IMG/VR virus record: IMGVR_UViG_3300009026_000035
Coordinates: 1 to 32,556 of that record
Source: a virus
Taxonomy: Duplodnaviria > Caudoviricetes
Strand: one strand, 5' to 3'
Length of the DNA: 32,556 nucleotides
The notes beneath the pieces are model-generated. The model worked only from the letters and a program-made list of their open reading frames with translations. It made no database searches and was not told where the DNA came from. Positions within the stretch are counted from its first letter, which is position 1. Every line of letters starts with the position of its first letter. Shown here in pieces: positions 18,522-25,321 of this stretch. The position numbers and the translations under genes are program-made.

Positions 18522-18838
18522 CAGTCATGCTCTCCGTTATCACGTCTACCATTATACCCATCAATACGTTTAACTATGTTAGTTAACATCTGGGGGTTTC
18601 TATTAGCTACATCAAATGTACCTACAGTTACAGCTATGGCTGCAAGCAATGCTATGTGTGCTATGGCACTCAATGCAAAGACGAAGTAGCTACCAATAAG
18701 CATGCTGAAAGCAATACACCACATCCATGCAAGTATCTGTAGTATCATGTGACGTGTAGATGTATCAGGTACATTCTTTAGTGGACTTTTATCTGAGTCC
18801 ATTACGGCTGTCCAAGTGTCGTATATGTGTTGTCTCAT
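18521..18838 (-). CDS. Conserved phage membrane protein
   Basis: Two TM helices; VMD...PL and LQILAWMWC motifs. Confidence 0.65.
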   Translation of the reverse strand: MRQHIYDTWTAVMDSDKSPLKNVPDTSTRHMILQILAWMWCIAFSMLIGSYFVFALSAIAHIALLAAIAVTVGTFDVANRNPQMLTNIVKRIDGYNGRRDNGEHD

Positions 18839-18905
18839 TGACCTGTCCTTTTTTTTACGCTATGCCGTATATTTTGAGTATTTACGCTACAAAGTAAATA
18901 GTTAT

Positions 18906-19121
18906 TCAAGGTGCTGTCCCTTTCCATAGCTTTAACTGTGCCCTTAGCTTGTGGTTTTTCTCATTCATTTTCTTAGCTTCCCTTTCCCAGTAGTCAGCTT
19001 CACGTTTAAGAATCTCGTAGCTTTCTCGTAGCTTCTCATTCTCTTTCTGCACTCGTTTTAACTTAGTCATACACTCTCCGTACTCGTCATACATCTTTAT
19101 AAACTGATCACGACTTATCAT
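18906..19121 (-). CDS. Coiled-coil hypothetical protein
   Basis: GGAG RBS before MISRDQF; charged heptads. Confidence 0.6.
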   Translation of the reverse strand: MISRDQFIKMYDEYGECMTKLKRVQKENEKLRESYEILKREADYWEREAKKMNEKNHKLRAQLKLWKGTAP

Positions 19122-19131
19122 CTTGACTCTC

Positions 19132-19269
19132 CTAAAAGTTTGGTTCACCTTCATCATCAAAGGTTACATCGTCTCTTACCCAAATGGGTGGTGTATCATT
19201 TTCCACCGTAGGGGTCTTATAATCAAGTACGCCTAGCATACGCAACTCTCTTTTTAGTTCTTCACTCAT
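19132..19269 (-). CDS. Small acidic-tailed protein, 45 aa (not in ORF track)
   Basis: AAGGAG RBS; MSEELKRELRMLGVLDYKTPTVENDTPPIWVRDDVTFDDEGEPNF. Confidence 0.7.
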   Translation of the reverse strand: MSEELKRELRMLGVLDYKTPTVENDTPPIWVRDDVTFDDEGEPNF

Positions 19270-19300
19270 ATTTTTTCTCCTTCACTGCCAGCACTAAATC

Positions 19301-19427
19301 AAATTCCCACGTAGGGTGCAAGCAAATTCCCACGGAGGGTACAAATTCCCACGTAGGGGTGGCAAATATGTCACACTAAATTCCCACGTAGGGGCCAAAT
19401 TCCCACGGAGGGCTTTCTACTGTAGGG
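19301..19427 (+). repeat. Left box array: 5 x AAATTCCCACG(T/G)AGGG plus one degenerate copy
   Basis: Copies start at 19301, 19324, 19343, 19378 and 19397; degenerate TTTCTACTGTAGGG at 19414. Confidence 0.95.
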
Positions 19428-19606
19428 CTATTAGTAATGCCCGGCCTAAGAGTATTAGTATTACTCAGAGTATTAGTATGACTCTTAGTATTAGTCCGAG
19501 TAATAGTCCCGGTCTTAGTAAGACAAAGAAAAAGACCCTGAGTATTACTCAGAGCCTTAGTATTAGTAATTGTATGAGTATTTAATATGGTAATAGTCTG
19601 ACCCAT
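19376..19606 (-). CDS. Possible Thr-alternating low-complexity protein
   Basis: AAGGAAGCAGGACT precedes the ATG, but the ORF may be a by-product of the hexamer tract. Confidence 0.3.
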   Translation of the reverse strand: MGQTITILNTHTITNTKALSNTQGLFLCLTKTGTITRTNTKSHTNTLSNTNTLRPGITNSPTVESPPWEFGPYVGI

Positions 19607-19612
19607 AGTCCT
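19433..19612 (+). repeat. Phased 6-bp degenerate repeat tract (AGTATT/AGTAAT/ACTCAG/AGTCCG)
   Basis: About 27-30 hexamers in one unbroken register, for example AGTATT AGTATT ACTCAG AGTATT AGTATG ACTCTT AGTATT AGTCCG AGTAAT. Confidence 0.85.
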
Positions 19613-19714
19613 GCTTCCTTTGCTCTGGCTAACTCTGACTCAGCCTCTGACCTGCTACGAAAAGCTTTATGACAGATCAACTCGCCATATTGATCATAGA
19701 ATGTTAAGCGGTAA

Positions 19715-19969
19715 TTATAAGACACGGAGAATCTCCCTTCCTTGGAGACTTGTTAGTAATAGTTCTTGCGCCTCTGCTTCGATCCAGACCTTTGCTCCGC
19801 ATGGCAGGGGGTGGTCTGGCTCATACCTTACCTCTGAGCTAACCTGCAAATCTACCTCATGTATTTTGTAATTATGTTTATAGGTCTTAGCGGTCAGAGT
19901 CGGATCGTTCCTGCCGTTCTTAGCATTAGCTCTGATTATGTGTTGGTTAACGTGTATGCGTATCCTCAT
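19715..19969 (-). CDS. Conserved phage hypothetical protein (IHVNQH family)
   Basis: RIHVNQH.IR.N, P.LT.K, Y.PD.PL.CGA.VWIE motifs; start placed at MRIRIH. Confidence 0.7.
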   Translation of the reverse strand: MRIRIHVNQHIIRANAKNGRNDPTLTAKTYKHNYKIHEVDLQVSSEVRYEPDHPLPCGAKVWIEAEAQELLLTSLQGREILRVL

Positions 19970-20172
19970 TTTTTGGTCCCCTTTCCAAGGTCTGAATATG
20001 ATGTAAAACAATTACTAATAGAAGACTGTACGAGATTTGGGATAGGGCACGACCAAATAATGTCATCTATTAGTTGATTAACTTCCCCGTCAAAGTCTTT
20101 TTCGGTCTGCTCTCTAGCTATTACTGTATCTAAGTGTTCTAGCCAGCTTGTGTCTATATCTGCTTTGCTCAT
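19966..20172 (-). CDS. Hypothetical protein
   Basis: GAGGT RBS before MSKADID; ATGA overlap with the next gene. Confidence 0.5.
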   Translation of the reverse strand: MSKADIDTSWLEHLDTVIAREQTEKDFDGEVNQLIDDIIWSCPIPNLVQSSISNCFTSYSDLGKGTKK

Positions 20173-20323
20173 AGTATACCTCATAGTTAGCCCGATCTGG
20201 GCGATTGGCTGCATATGCGGCCCGTATAGGCCCGTCTTGCGTTTTGGCTATGGTTACCTGCTAAATGGTAACTTGAGCCTGTAAGGGGCTTCCCACGGCC
20301 TCTGCGGGCGTCCTCTTTCACCC

Positions 20324-20360
20324 AGAAAGGCCCGCCCAGATTGTCAAGTCTGAGCGGACC
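20324..20360 (-). terminator. Intrinsic terminator after the peptidase gene
   Basis: Minus strand GGTCCGCTCAGA-CTTGACAA-TCTGGGCGGGCC-TTTCT; two G-U pairs form only on the minus-strand RNA. Confidence 0.6.
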
Positions 20361-20388
20361 CTATGAGGTCTGGTATGATACTAGGGTA

Positions 20389-21381
20389 TTACCAGAAGGT
20401 AGTACGCCGCAGCTTAGGGTCTACAAGGTCTAGCTCTTGTATAAGGTCATCATAGGTGATGTTATTAGCATCTAGCCAGTCTGCTATCTGAGCAGGGTAT
20501 TCTCGGAGTAGGTCTGTAAGATCGTCCCGTTCATCACGTTCTGAGCTACCTATCTGAGCAGGGTACATGTCATCGAAAAAGGCAGAGGTATTATATTGCC
20601 TATTAACACGGGTCCAATCGCTATCCCAGCCACCACGTTCGTACTTGTATTCTGAGATAGACGGGTCACGGGCTATTACTAGCTGAGACCAGTCTGCGGC
20701 TATGAGAGCATCCTTGAGTTGTTTGAGATAGTATAGGTCTTGATGCTCGTTCTTAGTATGCTGGCTGTAATAGCCTACAGAGAGATTAGTACACTCCGAA
20801 ACATCAGAGGCATATTCGTTGCTATCTGTATAAGATCCAGTATCGTCTGGACGCAGAGGCAAGTTTAAGACTTTTGCTAAGGATACAGCAAAGGCATCGG
20901 ACGCAGTACGCAGACCCATCTGATGTGTAATAACGCTTTCCGTACCCTTACGGTCGAACGATATTACGGCGTTTAGTCTTTGCAGCCATCTGGGGTTACG
21001 TCCGACAATGTATCTGGAACCTAGGCAACCGATCTCTTCTGAGGCGTGGACAACATAGACGCCCTCGATACCTGCTCTGATCATCTCTAGTTGTAACCAT
21101 ATGCCAGTGGTACAGTCTGCACCTAGGCAAGAGCTATCAGACATAGGCGGCAGAGAGGCATTGTCACCCTTGACTAAGACTTCCTGCATGCCATCTGTCT
21201 TATGAACAGTGTCATGATGGCTGGCAAAGCAAATAGTCGGGGCATGGCCTATGACTAAGATATAGTTGCCTTCATTGTCGGGTTGACCGAATACTGGTCT
21301 GAGGAATTTCTCGCAGAACTCTCTCTGAGTCTCCGAGTGCTGTGGTCGGCAATAGGCCAACATCTCGATAAGATTGTGCAT
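20389..21381 (-). CDS. Zn-dependent M28/M20-like peptidase (amidohydrolase)
   Basis: Metal-ligand motifs SHHDTVH, LGADC..G, EE.G..GS, FDR, YTD, QH; AGGTGGAG RBS before MHNLIEML. Confidence 0.8.
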   Translation of the reverse strand: MHNLIEMLAYCRPQHSETQREFCEKFLRPVFGQPDNEGNYILVIGHAPTICFASHHDTVHKTDGMQEVLVKGDNASLPPMSDSSCLGADCTTGIWLQLEMIRAGIEGVYVVHASEEIGCLGSRYIVGRNPRWLQRLNAVISFDRKGTESVITHQMGLRTASDAFAVSLAKVLNLPLRPDDTGSYTDSNEYASDVSECTNLSVGYYSQHTKNEHQDLYYLKQLKDALIAADWSQLVIARDPSISEYKYERGGWDSDWTRVNRQYNTSAFFDDMYPAQIGSSERDERDDLTDLLREYPAQIADWLDANNITYDDLIQELDLVDPKLRRTTFW

Positions 21382-21388
21382 TCTCCAC

Positions 21389-22975
21389 CTAGCTTTCAGT
21401 AATAGAGGGTGACGGGTTGTTGTCATCTGAGCTGTCATCTGGTCTTTCTTTCCATAGTCCACTATCTTCACAATAGTAATAGTCGTCGTGGTTTGCTGCC
21501 TCTGTCATAGATACAACGTCACCGTTCTCTAGTGGTGCTGTTTGATGGTCTGGGTAGACTTCCCCGTCCCAGTCAGAGGTGAAGTATGAAGCGTTGTATT
21601 CGTCAATACTAATAACCGCATTATTTGCAGTCACCCTAGTATCTTGCTCTAGCCAAGTCTCGCCGCTACTAGTAATAACAGTGTGCTGATTAGTGCAGCA
21701 CTCGCAGTATTCTTCGTAGTCAGAGCACTCAGTCTGGACAGTGGTGCAGTCGTCTGTCTCTGTATCATCACCGCAATAGCTACACTGCCTGATACGGTCA
21801 TGGTAACAGTCAGAGCAATAGGTCTCATTATTATAATGATATTCATTACCCCGATGAATACTATCATCACAAACGTGGCAACTCTGTCCGTTACCATATA
21901 ATAGTCCTTGATAAGTAGTCCCACTAATATCGCCGTTGGGGTCTATAGCTAAGTATTTGCCACATGCAGTCGGACTAAGAGACTGAGGCATCACATCAAG
22001 GTATGGGCCGATGTATTCACCATCATCATTATCAAAACGTAAGAGCCTAGCACCAGACCAACGCTTGTTATTGTAATGGGTGTAAAGCTCAACACCTTTT
22101 TCAGACAACAACTCTTGCAAAGTATCAATAGACTTTTCACATACACCGTATATTGGGGCGGCTATCTGATTATCTTTCTGTCTATCATACACAATAACAT
22201 TGCTGCAAATCTTGCCAGAGGTATCTTCTGTCCAGTAGACAGTAAAATCCCCAGAGGCATAAGCCTCAGTGGGCTGCATAGGTAAGTTACGAGTAACCTT
22301 AAAGTCATACCTCATACAACTATTGCCGAGAAACTTCCGACCAGATGTAGTATCTGGGTTCTCTAGCTTGCCTATGAGACTATGTTTGGCACGGGCAAAG
22401 TCTGCCCTAGTCTGACCAGAGTGTATGATTAGTTCTTTGACCGAGAACTCATGGCGATATTCATCATTAAGGGTCTCGATTTCCTTATCAGTAAGACACG
22501 GAAACATCTTTCTGAGACCTTTGCCAGAACGTAAGACAATACGCCCGTCTCTGCCTCGGTCTCTGCCTTTCTGGTCTAGCCAGAGAACCAAGAAACCCGC
22601 AGACTTAGGGTCATGGTTTGGCAACATAGTCTCTACGACTAGCTCTATCTGATCGCTAACTAACGACCGATACTCAGAATAAGTATTCCTGAGCATATAT
22701 AATAGAGTGTCACATTGTTCTTCGGTTATAGTATCGTTCAGGTAATCGTTATTAACCCGAACTCTTGCCTGTCGTACAGAATGATAATAATTGTCTATCT
22801 CTTCCTGCGCTATGCGATTAATCCTATTATAGAAATGATTTCTTACTCTACGAGCGAGTCCCAGAGGGTCTGGGTGGCAGCCTAAGTCATACTTGGGAAA
22901 CTGAGCAAGTGCCAGTCCCCAAGATCTGACACACCGTTCTGGCATGTATTGATCAGCTAATTCTTGCGTAATCAT
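21389..22975 (-). CDS. Uncharacterised 528-aa early protein with SCM...IYG...PYLD core and C-terminal CxxC Zn ribbons
   Basis: AGGAG RBS; four CxxC pairs (CHVC, CSDC, CSYC, CECC) and an acidic tail. Confidence 0.75.
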   Translation of the reverse strand: MITQELADQYMPERCVRSWGLALAQFPKYDLGCHPDPLGLARRVRNHFYNRINRIAQEEIDNYYHSVRQARVRVNNDYLNDTITEEQCDTLLYMLRNTYSEYRSLVSDQIELVVETMLPNHDPKSAGFLVLWLDQKGRDRGRDGRIVLRSGKGLRKMFPCLTDKEIETLNDEYRHEFSVKELIIHSGQTRADFARAKHSLIGKLENPDTTSGRKFLGNSCMRYDFKVTRNLPMQPTEAYASGDFTVYWTEDTSGKICSNVIVYDRQKDNQIAAPIYGVCEKSIDTLQELLSEKGVELYTHYNNKRWSGARLLRFDNDDGEYIGPYLDVMPQSLSPTACGKYLAIDPNGDISGTTYQGLLYGNGQSCHVCDDSIHRGNEYHYNNETYCSDCYHDRIRQCSYCGDDTETDDCTTVQTECSDYEEYCECCTNQHTVITSSGETWLEQDTRVTANNAVISIDEYNASYFTSDWDGEVYPDHQTAPLENGDVVSMTEAANHDDYYYCEDSGLWKERPDDSSDDNNPSPSITES

Positions 22976-23049
22976 AATAGTTCTCCTATTGGTTCTACTA
23001 TTAGTAAAAGCTCAGAGTGAGCAGGCCAGAGACATTCTGACCCAAGATC

Positions 23050-23078
23050 AACATACCAGAAAGAGGGTCAGAAGTCAA
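23050..23078 (-). promoter_or_regulatory. Sigma70-type promoter TTGACT-N17-TATGTT with extended TG
   Basis: Minus strand TTGACT TCTGACCCTCTTTCTGG TATGTT, about 75 bp upstream of the 528-aa gene. Confidence 0.7.
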
Positions 23079-23314
23079 GCGGAGATTTATTCTATGAGGT
23101 TTGCTAATAGTTAAGTCTAGGAATGTGCTCTGCGAGAATATCTTTTGTTGACGGTGGTTTAGCCTCTGAGATTTTGTGAGAACTGGCGGGAACTGGCTCT
23201 ATGGGCAACAAAAGTATTAGGTCCAGATGGGGGGAAACTCTTAGTCCGAGTCTTAGTATTTTCCTGAGTAAACGGATGAACTACGGCTCTTAATCATATG
23301 ATTACTCAGACTAT

Positions 23315-23536
23315 TTCCCACGGTAGGGGTCAGAGTAAGACTATTAGTAAGACTCAGAGCCGCTTGCGGAGCAAGACCAATTCCCACGGTAGGGGTCATA
23401 GTATTACTCAGAGTATGACTCAGAGCCCATGAGCGAAGCGAGGCTATTTCCCATGGTAGGGCTATTTCCCATGGTAGGGGTCCGGCTATTTCCCATGGTA
23501 GGGGTCATAGTATTACTCAGAGTCAGACTCAGAGCC
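23315..23536 (+). repeat. Right box array: 5 x TTCCCAYGGTAGGG, three of them heading 47-bp units
   Basis: Boxes at 23315, 23381, 23448, 23466 and 23490. Units 23315-23361, 23381-23427 and 23490-23536 all end in GACTCAGAGCC. Confidence 0.95.
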
Positions 23537-23580
23537 ACTCGCTTTTAGGTTGAGTGAATTTTATTTTACTCGCTCGCCTT

Positions 23581-23861
23581 TAAGGTGATCAGCTTAAAGT
23601 AGATTAGAACGATTCTAAAACAGCTTTAGGTTGTATCGCCTTTAAGTTGATTAGAACGATTCTAAGTACCGTATAGGTTGTATCGCCTTAAAGTTGAATT
23701 AGAACGATTCTAATAACCCATAGGTTGTATCGCCCATAGGTTGTATTAGTTTAACTCTGAGCAACCTTAGGTTGTATCGCCCATAGGTTGTATTAGTCTT
23801 GGTCTGATCAACTTTAAGTTGTATCGCCTTTAAGTTGTATTAGCCCGGCTCTGCTACCGTC
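23581..23861 (+). repeat. 47-bp-period tandem array, about 6 units
   Basis: TARGTTGTATCGCC starts at 23627, 23674, 23721, 23768 and 23815 (exact 47-bp period), with a degenerate unit at 23581. TTAGAACGATTCTAA palindromes at 23604, 23651 and 23699. Confidence 0.95.
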
Positions 23862-24002
23862 TCATGATATGAAAATGCAAGGTCGTCTTATTTTGAACCC
23901 GAACACCTGAAAACCAGAGATGGCTCTGTATGGGGCTATTTTAGGGGTCTCTGGCGATTCGTATTTATTTCACTATTATTGCATTTAATTGTCGATTAGG
24001 GG

Positions 24003-24031
24003 TTGACGCCTATGTGCTGGACTGGTAGATA
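24003..24031 (+). promoter_or_regulatory. Putative promoter TTGACG-N17-TAGATA
   Basis: AT-rich upstream tract; shares CTGGTA at the -10 with the divergent promoter at 23050-23078. Confidence 0.55.
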
Positions 24032-24097
24032 TTGGGTACACCACAACGGTGAGGCCATATAGGCCGTTTTTCTCAGAACCTTGAAAGGGTTTATACC

Positions 24098-24508
24098 ATG
24101 ACTAACGTAATTAATGCCGACACAGTAGACGCAAAAATCTCAGCCGCTGACAAATCTGGGGACCTGAAAGTATTTACAGATCACGTACAGGACAGCCTAC
24201 GTGATGCAATCTTCCCAGTGGCTCGTGATGCTCTGGAGCACACAGTATCATGGTTTGAAGAGCCAGAACAGTCCCAAGACCTAGTAGCTCACGTATGGCA
24301 CACATTCAGCCGTGAATTCACTAACGGTGGTTCTGATTATGGTCCTAAAACTAGAGCTGCTTTCGCTGAATACCTTAACAAAAACCTCAACAAAGATGCT
24401 TTAGCAATAGTCAAAAAACTGAAAGGTTATCAAGACGCCAACAAAGCAAAAGCACTCGGCAAGGTAGGTCTTGGCTTAGCTCAGAAAAAGAAAGTGGCAG
24501 CCAAGTAA
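24098..24508 (+). CDS. Hypothetical early protein, 136 aa, basic C-terminus
   Basis: Has its own putative promoter, AAAGGG RBS and downstream hairpin. Confidence 0.7.
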   Translation: MTNVINADTVDAKISAADKSGDLKVFTDHVQDSLRDAIFPVARDALEHTVSWFEEPEQSQDLVAHVWHTFSREFTNGGSDYGPKTRAAFAEYLNKNLNKDALAIVKKLKGYQDANKAKALGKVGLGLAQKKKVAAK

Positions 24509-24520
24509 TACAACCTCAAC

Positions 24521-24550
24521 GGGAACTGGCTCCGGTCGGTTCCCTCTACT
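24521..24550 (+). terminator. Hairpin / probable terminator
   Basis: GGGAACTGGC-TCCG-GTCGGTTCCC followed by TCTACT (weak U tract). Confidence 0.5.
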
Positions 24551-24564
24551 TATAGGAGAATTTT

Positions 24565-24705
24565 ATGAGGCTTACACAACGTCAAGAAGAGTTGTTGATT
24601 ACAGCTTTAAGTAGACTTGCAGCCATTCTGGCTATCGTTCTAGTTGCACACGTATGGGTTGAGGACTTAGCTTGGTTACTCGCCTCATGGGGTATCAACT
24701 TATAG
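24565..24705 (+). CDS. Small membrane protein, 46 aa (not in ORF track)
   Basis: AGGAG RBS; MRLTQRQEELLITALSRLAAILAIVLVAHVWVEDLAWLLASWGINL. Confidence 0.65.
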   Translation: MRLTQRQEELLITALSRLAAILAIVLVAHVWVEDLAWLLASWGINL

Positions 24706-24846
24706 GATAGTGGGACCCTTGGGAATACAACCCAAGGTTCTCGCTCTGTGCGACTCCACCCCTATCTATAACATAAAAAAATACCTTAGCATAACAAAGA
24801 CTGTGCCAAAGTGTCACACTAATACACTTTTCTCAGAGTCTACACC

Positions 24847-24991
24847 TTGACAAATAAAAATTAGTTCCTATATGTCAAAGACAGGACAGGACATAACATA
24901 TGTTATACGTATGTTAAACATAAGACCAATAACTTTAGTTTTAATCATAATAGTTAAATAATTAAGTGAAACATACGTTATACATATGTTA
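24847..24991 (+). promoter_or_regulatory. Putative promoter TTGACA-N16-TATATG followed by a long AT-rich inverted repeat
   Basis: Arms 24894-24915 and 24970-24991 match at 19/22; perfect palindrome ATAACATATGTTAT at 24893-24906. Confidence 0.6.
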
Positions 24992-25004
24992 GGAGACTTA
25001 AGCG

Positions 25005-25193
25005 GTGCTAGTAGACTTTAGGGAAATAGTACATCATGACAACAAAAGAATAATAGACTTTAGTGTTTACTGTGTTGTCAAATATAAGGGTCGTAAGTAC
25101 TACTATATAAATAAAACTAAAGAGGATTGTCTTATAGACCTCTTAGAGTTTATAACTAATGAAGAAGTCTTTGTAGAAGAACTTGAACCTTGA
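25005..25193 (+). CDS. Hypothetical protein
   Basis: AGGAG RBS, GTG start. Confidence 0.5.
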   Translation: MLVDFREIVHHDNKRIIDFSVYCVVKYKGRKYYYINKTKEDCLIDLLEFITNEEVFVEELEP

Positions 25194-25321
25194 CACCTGA
25201 TATACCATTAATAGTGATAACTGTTATAATTTTTATGATTATTCTGTTGCCCAACTAAAACTTTCTTTTGTGTTAAATCAGTGTCTTATACGAAAGATAT
25301 AAAAAAGTTATACTTTAGGGG

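Noticed and set aside
18854-18889. Direct repeat TTTACGCTA twice in a short intergenic gap
   Set aside because: Only two 9-bp copies in AT-rich DNA, with no further support.
19301-19412. CRISPR-like repeats (TTCCC...GGG resembles type I-E hairpins)
   Set aside because: The repeat is only 16 bp with 3-19 bp irregular gaps.
19316-19585. Plus-strand 89-aa ORF with KFPRRG and SI repeats
   Set aside because: It is a translation of the DNA repeats, has no RBS, and runs against local transcription.
20277-20304. CTGTAWGGGGCT similarity with 23926-23937
   Set aside because: A short match between two sites with no clear shared structure; noted but too weak to call.
23581-23861. CRISPR array or mini-array
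   Set aside because: The variable segments are only about 18 bp and clearly related to each other, the repeats are degenerate, and no cas genes are present. It looks like tandem duplication.
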